A stretch of DNA of 32,000 nucleotides from Verrucomicrobiota bacterium. Lineage in GTDB: Bacteria; Verrucomicrobiota; Verrucomicrobiia; Opitutales; LL51. Position numbers and translations under genes: made by a program. How positions within the stretch are numbered: the stretch's first letter is position 1; each line of letters begins with the position of its first letter. The notes under the pieces were generated by a model. It saw nothing but the letters and a program-made list of their open reading frames with translations. It was not told the DNA's origin and did not search any database. The stretch lies in NCBI GenBank assembly GCA_021294815.2, contig CP095464.1:270001-302000 (forward strand). The letters are read 5' to 3'. This document shows, one piece after another, positions 1 through 8,347 of this stretch.

Positions 1-513
1 ATACTTTCGGTAAAGCCGCAAACAAAGCGCATTGGAAATATCGTAGGTCTGCAAAAAAATCATGATATCCCGCAACGCGTACTGCTCGTCCCAGGCCGCC
101 TTAATGCTCCTTGCCCGAACCACACCAATCCCCGGAACTTCGGTCAATCGCGCCGATTCCGTTGAGATAATATCCAGAGTATCCGCACCGAAATAATCGA
201 CAATTTTATCGGCATATACTTTGCCGATGCCATGAATCATCCCACTGCTGAGGTACTTGCGAATTCCACTAACATCTGCTGGAAGCGCCGCCGAAAATGA
301 CTCAATTTCAAATTGGCGCCCAAACTTAGGGTGTTCTGTCCAAGATCCGTGAAGTGTTAAGGTCTCGCCGCAATTGGCTCCCGGAACCTTACCACAAGCC
401 GTAAATGTCCCCAACGAAGAATCCGTTGAACGCATCGCCATGATCGCAAAAAACGTCTCTTCATTGCGGTAAACGATACGCTCTAATACGGCTTGGAGGG
501 TCTCTGTACTCAT
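1..513 (-). CDS. recD2: RecD2-type SF1 DNA helicase, N-terminal part (CDS runs off the left edge)
   Basis: Absent from the ORF track because it is truncated. A reverse-strand ATG at 513-511 opens a frame with no stop down to base 1 (171 codons): MSTETLQAVLERIVYRNEETFFAIMAMR..WTEHPKFGRQFEIESF..RKYLSSGMIHGIGKVYADKIVDYFGADTLDII..LTEVPGIGVVRARSIKAAW. This fits the conserved RecD2/YrrC N-terminal layout (HPKFG-QF, YLSS--I-GIG, EVPGIG). Confidence 0.75.
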   Translation of the reverse strand, partial: MSTETLQAVLERIVYRNEETFFAIMAMRSTDSSLGTFTACGKVPGANCGETLTLHGSWTEHPKFGRQFEIESFSAALPADVSGIRKYLSSGMIHGIGKVYADKIVDYFGADTLDIISTESARLTEVPGIGVVRARSIKAAWDEQYALRDIMIFLQTYDISNALCLRLYRKY

Positions 514-561
514 TCCCGCGCGCGTCGAGGGAGCACAAATCCCCTTCAAAGTAAAGCTAAA

Positions 562-1665
562 TCAACAGAACGTAATGCTACGGACAGTATCCCGACGCGT
601 ATAATTGATACAGTTAATAACGAGACCGATCAGACCGTACATCGCCACGAGATTGGATCCCCCGTAACTGATGAACGGCAACGCGATCCCTTTGGTCGGC
701 ATACACCCCGTCACAACCGCAATATTAATCACGGCTTGAAGCGCAATCATAAGAACGGCACCACCACCCAGTAACTGCGCAAAGCGATCCTCCTGATGAT
801 GTAGCGCCCACAACACAACCACCTCGAGTAAAAAAAACAATAAAACGACGCCGATTGCAAACCATCCACCGAATTCTTCGCCGATAACTGGAAAAATAAA
901 ATCCGTATGGGCTTCCGGTAAATAGGAAAATTTCTGCAGTCCCAAGCCAGCGCCCGCCCCCTGCATTCCACCAGCCGCAAAACACAAAATCCCTTGCCAG
1001 AGCTGGTAAGTCGTATCGAAGCGGTGATTTTCGACATCAAAAAATGCCGTCACACGTTGTAGCCGGACCGGACTCAACAAAATTAGTCCTCCAAATGCCA
1101 GTGCTCCTAAAACAACAATTGAAAGTAGGTGGCGTAAACGCGTTCCCGAGAGAAAAAACATCGCAAGGGTGACACTCATCATTAAAAACGTCGTCCCATA
1201 GTCTGGCTCGCAGAGCACAAAAAACGAAAGGGCTGCGCAAACGAACATCGGCTTCACAAACCCACGTGTGAAATTTTCGACTTCGGACTGATACTGTGCC
1301 AAATACCCCGCAAGCCAAATGATGAGCGCGATCTTTACAAATTCCGAAACCTGGAGATTAAAACCACCCAATGGAATCCAACGTCGAGATCCATTGACGC
1401 GATGTCCGACACTGGGAATGAGAACCAAAACAAGTCCTAAAAACGCAAGCTGCAAAACCCCTTTTCGATGTCGATAAAGTGCTTGCAACGGAATTTTCGC
1501 AAAAATTAAACAGATGAACAAAGATAAAGCTACCGCCAGCAATTGCTTTTTGAAAAAGCCACTTCCAAATGATAAACTTGCACTGGGCAACGCAACCAGA
1601 CCAACGCTATTAAGCGCCAATGTAAGCGCTAAAACAAGCTTGACCGGCCGCTTCAAAGCTATCAA
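562..1665 (-). CDS. ftsW: FtsW/RodA/SpoVE-family (SEDS) peptidoglycan glycosyltransferase
   Basis: 367-aa polytopic membrane protein. The C-terminal region ...DFIFPVIGEEFGGWFAIGVVLLF...GGGAVLMIALQAVINIAVVTGCMPTKGIALPFISYGGSNLV is the SEDS signature. It sits next to murD. The start is TTG at 1665 and overlaps the upstream stop (TTGA). Confidence 0.88.
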   Translation of the reverse strand: MIALKRPVKLVLALTLALNSVGLVALPSASLSFGSGFFKKQLLAVALSLFICLIFAKIPLQALYRHRKGVLQLAFLGLVLVLIPSVGHRVNGSRRWIPLGGFNLQVSEFVKIALIIWLAGYLAQYQSEVENFTRGFVKPMFVCAALSFFVLCEPDYGTTFLMMSVTLAMFFLSGTRLRHLLSIVVLGALAFGGLILLSPVRLQRVTAFFDVENHRFDTTYQLWQGILCFAAGGMQGAGAGLGLQKFSYLPEAHTDFIFPVIGEEFGGWFAIGVVLLFFLLEVVVLWALHHQEDRFAQLLGGGAVLMIALQAVINIAVVTGCMPTKGIALPFISYGGSNLVAMYGLIGLVINCINYTRRDTVRSITFC

Positions 1666-2660
1666 TTCGAAACCGGCGGATTTTTAACCGTCACCGGAAC
1701 AATCGGGATGTCGTTGTCGTTAAAAAAGTCGGCATCGCTCATGAAGGCGTAAGGATCTAACGGGGTACTTTGCTCTTCGACAACAGGCACGGTTGTATTT
1801 TCCAGAACGGGAGCCGGAGCCGCTGCAGGGACAACCGACTTGGTCGCTGAAACACGTGGCGCACGTACTAAAATTTTCTGCCCCTTCGTGACCTTATTAG
1901 GGTCGCTAATATCATTCCACTCTTGAAGATCTCGCACTCGAACTTTGGCCTTTTGCGCAACTTTTGAAAGCGAATCATTCTTTTGGAGGGTATAATAGCC
2001 GTCGGCATCGACTTCAAAAGGCTTCTCTTTAGGCTTACTTCCCTTCTTTTCAGGAACTGTTGTCGGGACATACCCCGCCCCCGGGATTACAAGCAGCTGG
2101 CCTTCAAAAATACGGTCGCTCTTCAAGTTGTTTGCGGATTTTATTGCACGGACACTGACGCCATACTTCTTGGCAATCTTTGAAAGACACTCGTTGCGTT
2201 TAACCTTGTGCGTTTGCGTTTTAGCTGCCGTGCGCTCAATTTCTGCAACGTCAACTCCCGGCAAAATGATTCTCTGCCCGACGTACAGCTGCGCATGTTC
2301 ATCGAGCTTGTTCGCGGTAAGGAGCTCGTGGAAACTAATATTGAATCGCTTGGCGAGGCCAAACAAACAGTCTCCCTTTTCAACCGTGTATTCCGCGCCC
2401 GCAGGTATAACCTCTATCACCTCAACTTCGGGAGCGGTTTCCTCAACGTATACCTCCGGCGCTGGGCGACGCGGTGTCGAAAACGCACGCCTTATAGGCA
2501 GTGGTTCCGGAGCAGTCCACGCCGGCTTCTGTTCACGGCGAATCAGAGTATCCGTTGGCGATGGTCCACGATCGCGATCCATAAACGGCGTTGTACACCC
2601 ACCGAGTAGCAACCCGGCAATTACAAAAATGACTCTAAAACAACAACTCAAATGCTCCAT
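1662..2660 (-). CDS. Lipoprotein with three LysM peptidoglycan-binding repeats and no recognisable catalytic domain
   Basis: ATG at 2660. The N-terminus MEHLSCCFRVIFVIAGLLLGGC has a lipobox-like LGGC. Three LysM-like repeats: YTVEKGDCLFGLAKRFNISFHELLTANKL..VGQRIILP, HKVKRNECLSKIAKKYGVSVRAIKSANNL..EGQLLVIP, YTLQKNDSLSKVAQKAKVRVRDLQEWNDI..KGQKILV. Pro/Ala/Val-rich linkers. Confidence 0.8.
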   Translation of the reverse strand: MEHLSCCFRVIFVIAGLLLGGCTTPFMDRDRGPSPTDTLIRREQKPAWTAPEPLPIRRAFSTPRRPAPEVYVEETAPEVEVIEVIPAGAEYTVEKGDCLFGLAKRFNISFHELLTANKLDEHAQLYVGQRIILPGVDVAEIERTAAKTQTHKVKRNECLSKIAKKYGVSVRAIKSANNLKSDRIFEGQLLVIPGAGYVPTTVPEKKGSKPKEKPFEVDADGYYTLQKNDSLSKVAQKAKVRVRDLQEWNDISDPNKVTKGQKILVRAPRVSATKSVVPAAAPAPVLENTTVPVVEEQSTPLDPYAFMSDADFFNDNDIPIVPVTVKNPPVSN

Positions 2661-2717
2661 AATGCGGCCTCTTTCGCGTCCCTCACAGCGATCCGCGGAG
2701 TGTATTGAATGCCGTTC

Positions 2718-3992
2718 TCACCGCAAACCAAAAACGTGCTCCTCGAAAGATTTCCCGCGGGCCATGTAGTTCTCAAACTGGTCGAAACTCGAAAACGCCG
2801 GACTAAATACGATGGTCTTTCCTTGAATGCAAGCATTTTTTATGTATTCGAGCGCACTTTCTATATTTTTTACGTCTAGTGCCGGAATTTGCGCCGCCTT
2901 CAAAATCGGTTCCAACTCCTGTCCTGTTTCACCAATCAGCAGCGCCAACTCGATACGACCTTTTAAGACGGGAATAATATCCTCAAGATTCTCGCCCTTT
3001 GAACGTCCCCCACCAATCCAAATAACCGATTTATTTGAAAAATTTTGGAGCGCACTCTCTAAGGCCGCAAAATTGGTACTTTTAGCGTCATTCCAGTAAT
3101 GATTTCCTGCTACGATACCCAGATCCTCCAAGCGATATTTTGGTCGTGAAAACCGTTGGGTAAATGCATTAAAACGTTCCTTCGATACGTGAAGATACCG
3201 GCAGAAAGCCTCAATAAGGGCGAAATTTTCTCGCTGAGGTGCAACGGCAAAGGCACCTGGAGCACTTGGCGATGGTTGGACGACATAAGTATTGTTGGGC
3301 AAGATATACCCCATCTGCTCTGCCGCTTGTTGAACACTAACACCACAAAATACGGCACCGCCAAGACGTAATAGCGAACCGACTAACCGATATTTTGCTC
3401 TAAAGTAATTCTCAAGCGTGGCATGTACGTTGAGATGATTGGGAGCAAAATTCGTCCAAATGATATGTTCAAATGTAATACACCGGGACGTTTCCGCCTG
3501 AAATGAACTGACCTCACAAAAAATGAAATCTTCAGGCCCCGGCTGCTCGCAAACGACGACCTCGCTGAGCGAGCGACCGATATTACCGGCACTCCAAGCC
3601 CGATATCCGAGATTTTTAAAAAAATCGGCTAAGAATGTCGTCACCGTCGTCTTGCCGTTGGTCCCTGTAATCGCAATAATCGGCGCAGTTGTGTAGAGAC
3701 TCGCAAAATCGAGCTCCGAAAGACATGTCGCTCCCTGCGCTAAAGCTAGAGACGTCCATGGGTGCTCCAAGGTAAAACTGGGGCTACAAATTACCCACTG
3801 ATGGCACTTCGCCGCAGCTAGATCAAACATGGATCCGCGCTCCGGATTTTGATCGTAAATTGCATATGGGAGGCCGATCTTTTTCAGAAGCTGGACCGCG
3901 CCCTGAGCACTTACACCACCTCCTAAAATGGCAATTGGCTCGCGCTGCGATTCGAGCGATGCTCGCAAAGCGCTTTGTACTGGACAATTCAC
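2718..3992 (-). CDS. murD: UDP-N-acetylmuramoyl-L-alanine--D-glutamate ligase
   Basis: 424 aa. N-terminal Rossmann-like IAILGGGVSAQG and Mur ligase P-loop ITGTNGKTTVTTFL. Length and domain order fit MurD, and ftsW is nearby. The start is GTG at 3992; TTG at 3968 is an alternative. Confidence 0.85.
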   Translation of the reverse strand: MNCPVQSALRASLESQREPIAILGGGVSAQGAVQLLKKIGLPYAIYDQNPERGSMFDLAAAKCHQWVICSPSFTLEHPWTSLALAQGATCLSELDFASLYTTAPIIAITGTNGKTTVTTFLADFFKNLGYRAWSAGNIGRSLSEVVVCEQPGPEDFIFCEVSSFQAETSRCITFEHIIWTNFAPNHLNVHATLENYFRAKYRLVGSLLRLGGAVFCGVSVQQAAEQMGYILPNNTYVVQPSPSAPGAFAVAPQRENFALIEAFCRYLHVSKERFNAFTQRFSRPKYRLEDLGIVAGNHYWNDAKSTNFAALESALQNFSNKSVIWIGGGRSKGENLEDIIPVLKGRIELALLIGETGQELEPILKAAQIPALDVKNIESALEYIKNACIQGKTIVFSPAFSSFDQFENYMARGKSFEEHVFGLR

Positions 3993-4004
3993 AAAAACCT
4001 CCTC

Positions 4005-4931
4005 ATGCTCGCGGCAGTGAGATCGCTTTCTTTACGGTCGCCGGCGAAAGTCAACTTGTTTTTTGAGATCCATGGTCAACGCCCCGATGGCTATTGTTCC
4101 ATCACATCCCTTATAGCGCCCATCACGCTTTGTGACACGCTCCGTTATGATTTCACCTTAATCCCTCACCGAAAAGAGATAACGATTACGTCCAGTAAAA
4201 CTTTGCCTTTTGACGACACGAATAACACCATCACGCAAGCAGTCCAATATTTTCAAGAAGCTACAGAGCTCGAAAAATTGGCACTCGAAAACATTACCCT
4301 TCAAAAAAAGATTCCCACTGGAGCCGGCTTTGGCGGAGGCAGTAGCAATGCCGCCACCACATTGATGGCACTCAACGATTTTTATAACAATCCCTTTCCC
4401 GATCTAAGCCCACTCGCACAACAAATTGGAATGGATTGCCCGTTTTTTCTCCACCAGCAATCCGTACAGCTCGCAACTGGCCGTGGGGAACTATTGGAAC
4501 CGATCGCTATTGCTCCGCTTTTGAAAGATTATCACTGTCTTGTATTTTGCCCGTCCTTTGAAATTCATACACCGGACATCTACCGTTTGTTTAAAGAAAA
4601 TCCGCATTCCTCAAACCAACAGACGGCATTATTAAAAAATACGCTTCGTTCACCTAAAAAAGATTTCGATATCGAGGCGCTGTGTTTTAACTCTTTTGAA
4701 TTCTTAGTTTTAAACATCTATCCCGGATTGAATACGCTGTTTACCGCACTGAGAGAGCACGATTTTTGCCCCCATCTTACGGGAAGTGGTAGCGGTGGAT
4801 TTGTTTTAGGGAAAAATTCTTCGGAACTCCAAGAAGCACAGAAAATTATTTGGGATCAATGGCCCGACTGCCGGTTATGTGAACTCGTTACGTTCGACGT
4901 AGCCGATCAGCCATCAAAGAACTTTGCTTAG
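4005..4931 (+). CDS. ispE: 4-diphosphocytidyl-2-C-methyl-D-erythritol kinase (MEP pathway)
   Basis: GHMP kinase motifs: [11 protein letters not shown] near the N-terminus and [24 protein letters not shown]. The track start at 3975 is TTG. I prefer ATG at 4005 ([18 protein letters not shown]), which avoids overlapping the murD start. Confidence 0.85.
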   Translation: MLAAVRSLSLRSPAKVNLFFEIHGQRPDGYCSITSLIAPITLCDTLRYDFTLIPHRKEITITSSKTLPFDDTNNTITQAVQYFQEATELEKLALENITLQKKIPTGAGFGGGSSNAATTLMALNDFYNNPFPDLSPLAQQIGMDCPFFLHQQSVQLATGRGELLEPIAIAPLLKDYHCLVFCPSFEIHTPDIYRLFKENPHSSNQQTALLKNTLRSPKKDFDIEALCFNSFEFLVLNIYPGLNTLFTALREHDFCPHLTGSGSGGFVLGKNSSELQEAQKIIWDQWPDCRLCELVTFDVADQPSKNFA

Positions 4932-5690
4932 AAAATCACGCAGGCGCGGATGCTGTGGGTGTTCAAAAATTGCATTCGGACTGCCCTCTTCTAACAACTT
5001 TCCGTCCGCCATAAAAAGAATACGATTACCGACCTCACGCGCAAATCCCATCTCGTGCGTTACAACAACCATCGTCATCCCCTCGCGTGCAAGCTCCTTC
5101 ATTACGTCGAGAACTTCGCCGACCATCTCAGGATCCAGCGCCGAAGTTGGCTCGTCAAAAAGCATGACCTCAGGATCCATACATAACGCGCGGACAATTG
5201 CTACGCGCTGCTTCTGCCCCCCAGAGAGCTGAATGGGATACGCATTCGCCTTGTTTTTCAAGCCCACACGCTCAAGTAAGGCCCAGGCTTTTTGTTCAAT
5301 CGCCCTTTTAGGAAAATGTCGTACCTTTCGCGGCGCTAGGGTCATGTTTTGCAAGACCGTCATATGCGGGAAGAGGTTAAAATGCTGAAAAACCATCCCC
5401 ATCCGTTGGCGGTAATAGTCGATGTCTAGCGTCACTGTTTTTCCCACCGAGTTCACATAGCTGCGTTTCGTAATATCGATGCCGTTAAAGAGAATCGCGC
5501 CACTTGTCGGTTCTTCGAGCAGGTTCAAGCTGCGTAAAAACGTCGATTTTCCCGAGCCTGAGGGTCCGATGACCACCATGACATCACCGCGGCGGATATC
5601 GACTGTAACGCCGTTAAGCGCTTTAACTGAGCCCTGACCGTAGTGCTTTTTGAGGCGCTGGATCTGAATCAGACTATCGTTGGTCGCCAC
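4914..5690 (-). CDS. Polar amino-acid ABC transporter, ATP-binding subunit
   Basis: Walker [13 protein letters not shown] signature [15 protein letters not shown], Walker [13 protein letters not shown]-loop VVVTHEM. GlnQ/HisP-like length (258 aa). GTG start at 5690 overlaps the permease stop by 17 nt. Confidence 0.92.
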   Translation of the reverse strand: MATNDSLIQIQRLKKHYGQGSVKALNGVTVDIRRGDVMVVIGPSGSGKSTFLRSLNLLEEPTSGAILFNGIDITKRSYVNSVGKTVTLDIDYYRQRMGMVFQHFNLFPHMTVLQNMTLAPRKVRHFPKRAIEQKAWALLERVGLKNKANAYPIQLSGGQKQRVAIVRALCMDPEVMLFDEPTSALDPEMVGEVLDVMKELAREGMTMVVVTHEMGFAREVGNRILFMADGKLLEEGSPNAIFEHPQHPRLRDFLSKVL

Positions 5691-6495
5691 GACGCATCCT
5701 TTTTTCTAAATAGGCCACACCCTTGCTTGCCGGGAAACAAAGACAAAAATACAGCCCCGTCGCGACCAGTAACGGCTCCATCACGATGAACGCCGCACCG
5801 CGGACCGCATTGACCGCCGACATGATATCCTGGACGCCAATCGTATAGGTCACCGCCGACTCCTTGATAATGGCGACAAACTCGTTAGCGATGGCCGGTA
5901 AAATGTTTTTCAGCGCCTGCGGAAAAATCACATAACGGAAGGTCTGGAAGCGATTCAGTCCCAGTGAGCGCGCGGCCTCAGTTTGCCCACGGTCGACCGA
6001 CTGGATCCCTAAGCGAATGATCTCACAAAGGTATGCTCCGGAATTCATTCCCAATGCGATAACACCGGGCAAGAACCGGTGAAACTTAATAAACCCAAAA
6101 AGCGTACCCGTCGGCAGCTTAATGAGGCTAAAAACGCCGTGATAGATGATGAAAATTTGTACGATTACCGGCGTCGATCGCACGAGCTCGACATAGGTCG
6201 CGGCGATGAAAGCCAAGGGATTAAAACGCCCCAAACGGTACCAAAAGCCACTTTCGCGCTTTATTCCCTTGCTCGTATACTCTAAAAAGCCAAAAATTCT
6301 TGGGAAAGTTCGGGCAAGCCAAAGAAATGGGTAGTAGTGGCTCATGCGTAGGGTCGCTAAAACGAGCGCAAGCGCGAAGCCGATCATTACCGCGAGCAGC
6401 GAAAGAAAAACCGTCACCATAAACCCTTCGCCGAAAAGCTTCGCGTAAGGGATTATTTTTTCGAAATTCGCGACCTGGATAAAATGTTCCATCAT
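5674..6495 (-). CDS. Amino-acid ABC transporter permease (His/Glu/Gln/Arg/opine family)
   Basis: Family motifs [44 protein letters not shown] and [21 protein letters not shown]. 273 aa, about 45 aa longer than typical because of an insertion after TM1. Confidence 0.9.
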   Translation of the reverse strand: MMEHFIQVANFEKIIPYAKLFGEGFMVTVFLSLLAVMIGFALALVLATLRMSHYYPFLWLARTFPRIFGFLEYTSKGIKRESGFWYRLGRFNPLAFIAATYVELVRSTPVIVQIFIIYHGVFSLIKLPTGTLFGFIKFHRFLPGVIALGMNSGAYLCEIIRLGIQSVDRGQTEAARSLGLNRFQTFRYVIFPQALKNILPAIANEFVAIIKESAVTYTIGVQDIMSAVNAVRGAAFIVMEPLLVATGLYFCLCFPASKGVAYLEKRMRRGDQR

Positions 6496-6517
6496 GAGTC
6501 TATTTCAGACTCTCCAG

Positions 6518-7435
6518 TTACGGATGAACCTTTCCGTCAGCACCAAGAAGACCTTCGTACGTATTTCCGTCTGCAAGCTCTCTTGCCTCTCGAATAAAGC
6601 GCGCCATGCTCCCATCGTCGAGCGCCGCCGTAACCGCAAGGTTAATTGCTGCCAGTAGCGCGGGATGATTTTTCGCAACGCCAATCGCGAACCCTTTGAT
6701 CTCACAGGGTACATCGAGCGCAACACACAATTCAGGGTAGTTCGTTTGATAACTTTTCGCTACAGGGGTTTCGATGTAGGCACCATCGAGCTTTCCACTC
6801 AGAACTTCGGCGAGGATCTCAGGAACTTTCGCTAACGGGATAATATCGGCATGCGAACTATACTTTTTCGCGAGATCGATCTGAATCGAACCCGTCTGCG
6901 CTCCAATCTCTAATCCCGCTCGATCGGTCGCCGCCAGGTCCGGATAACGATCTTTGTTCGACTTCAGGCAGATAAATGACTGTCCGCTCTGGTAGTAAAT
7001 TTTTGAAAAGTCCATAATCGCCTCGCGTACGGGATCGGGCGTAAACCCGGCCATCCCAATATCTACAGTCCCCGATTGAAGCTCCATAATCACGCCGTCG
7101 AAATCCATCGGAATGATTTCCAACTCCAATCCGAGGTAATCCGCAATATATCCCGCTAACGCAAGATCGAAACCCGCTAAACTCGGATTTCCTTCGCCAT
7201 CAAGCGCATAGAATTCGTACGGCGCAAAATCGGGGCTCGTCGCAACGGTTAAGCGTCCCTCAGTGATGGTCTCCAACAGCGGTTTCAACTCCTCGAGCGA
7301 CATAGTAGCATAATCTTCTCGGGCCTGGGCAACGGGCACGGATTCTGTCTTTTTGGTACACTCCCCTTTATTGCCGAACCACACAAAGGCTGCCACTGCC
7401 AACACCGCCAACATTAACAAAACGCACTTCTTCAT
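6518..7435 (-). CDS. Amino-acid ABC transporter substrate-binding protein (family 3 SBP)
   Basis: N-terminal signal/anchor MKKCVLLMLAVLAVAAFVW, then a family-3 SBP-like body (LTVATSPDFAPYEF.., DIGMAGFT, GAQTGS). First gene of the SBP-permease-ATPase operon. Confidence 0.85.
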   Translation of the reverse strand: MKKCVLLMLAVLAVAAFVWFGNKGECTKKTESVPVAQAREDYATMSLEELKPLLETITEGRLTVATSPDFAPYEFYALDGEGNPSLAGFDLALAGYIADYLGLELEIIPMDFDGVIMELQSGTVDIGMAGFTPDPVREAIMDFSKIYYQSGQSFICLKSNKDRYPDLAATDRAGLEIGAQTGSIQIDLAKKYSSHADIIPLAKVPEILAEVLSGKLDGAYIETPVAKSYQTNYPELCVALDVPCEIKGFAIGVAKNHPALLAAINLAVTAALDDGSMARFIREARELADGNTYEGLLGADGKVHP

Positions 7436-7529
7436 TCTACATTTCCCCTTCCCAAGCGCCTAAAAACAGAACTGAATCAATTTTTCACACTATCGCTGTC
7501 AAGTTTTAAGAAAAATTACCGTTGCGGCC

Positions 7530-8327
7530 CTAAAACGTAAAGCAGCGCGCGACGCGTTCGGCGTGGCCATATTGAAGAATCGATCGCCCGGAAAGCTTCA
7601 TCTGTAGGCTTCCACCCGGCATCTTGACAGTCACGGTCGGTCCACACAATTGTTGACGATATGCAGCAGCGAAGACCGCTGCCGCACTACTCCCCGAAGA
7701 CAACGTTCGTCCAACACCGCGCTCCCAAATTTGGGCCCATATTTTATCTGGTGATGCGACATAGGCAAACTGCACATTCGTTTTTTCCGGGAACATAGGC
7801 AATATTTCGAATTGCGACCCGAAGTGCTCGACATAATCGTCTTTGAGCTGTTGAACATCCGAAACCCACACCACACAGTGCGGATTGCCCATCGAAACTG
7901 CGGTAGTATTGAAGCTATTGCCCTCCAATGTCACCGTTTGGGTGCTCGGTGATGGCAATAATGGTCCCGAAAACTGAGGTTCTCCCAGATCAACGCAGAT
8001 CGTATCACTCGATTTTCGACACAGACAATCTCCCGAATCCGTTGTAATTAACACAGTATCGCCATTAAAAGTATCAAACAGGAATTGAGCCAAAATACGT
8101 AGGCCGTTGCCGCTTTTTTCCGCGATAGAGGCGTCGGGATTGTAGATTTTGAGGCGAAAATGCCCCGGATCTGGGAGCGGATAGCTATATAAAAGCCCAT
8201 CGGAACCCAAACCGTAATGCAGGTCGCAGAGTTGGCGGATATGCTTTGGCGTCAGCGATACAAGCTGCCCTGGATCGAAACATACGAGGTACGCGTTGCC
8301 GAGCGCTTGGTACTTGAAAAGTTCCAT
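7530..8327 (-). CDS. dapF: Diaminopimelate epimerase homolog (DapF fold) with both catalytic Cys positions occupied by Ser
   Basis: Aligns by eye along its whole length to E. coli DapF: LGNAYLV (LGNDFMV), IYNPDASIAEKSGNGLR (IFNADGSEVAQCGNGAR), VSMGNPHCVVWV (VSMGNPHCVIQV), WERGVGRTLSSGSSAA (YERGAGETQACGSGAC). The track start at 8402 is TTG. ATG at 8327 (MELFKYQALGNAYLV) matches the homolog N-terminus. Confidence 0.75.
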   Translation of the reverse strand: MELFKYQALGNAYLVCFDPGQLVSLTPKHIRQLCDLHYGLGSDGLLYSYPLPDPGHFRLKIYNPDASIAEKSGNGLRILAQFLFDTFNGDTVLITTDSGDCLCRKSSDTICVDLGEPQFSGPLLPSPSTQTVTLEGNSFNTTAVSMGNPHCVVWVSDVQQLKDDYVEHFGSQFEILPMFPEKTNVQFAYVASPDKIWAQIWERGVGRTLSSGSSAAAVFAAAYRQQLCGPTVTVKMPGGSLQMKLSGRSILQYGHAERVARCFTF

Positions 8328-8347
8328 CGGGCCATCAACATACGGGA

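Noticed and set aside
2128-2769. Long ORFs antisense to confirmed genes: 213 aa at 2128-2769 opposite the LysM gene, 188 aa at 24012-24578 opposite rplE, 174 aa at 27509-28033 and 184 aa at 28203-28757 opposite rplB/rplW, and 216 aa at 30368-31018 opposite fusA.
   Set aside because: Each lies fully inside a strongly supported gene on the other strand. Their translations are low-complexity (Arg/Ser/Thr/Pro-rich) with no motifs. They are the shadow ORFs expected from codon bias, and nothing suggests real overlapping genes.
5674-6495. An insertion of about 45 aa in the ABC permease relative to GlnP/HisM-type permeases, between TM1 and the YVELVRSTP motif. It could have been a sign of a frameshift or pseudogene.
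   Set aside because: The reading frame is continuous and all downstream family motifs are intact. This is most simply lineage-specific loop variation.
7436-7529. A possible promoter for the ABC operon. A minus-strand TTGACA lies at 7502-7497 in the 94-nt gap upstream of the binding-protein gene. A similar TTGACA lies at 29957-29952 in the rpsJ-rplC spacer, and TTGTAA..TACGCT lies upstream of the chaperone gene (about 10788-10815).
   Set aside because: None has a convincing -10 hexamer at 16-18 nt spacing, and the organism's promoter consensus is unknown. I therefore did not call them as features.
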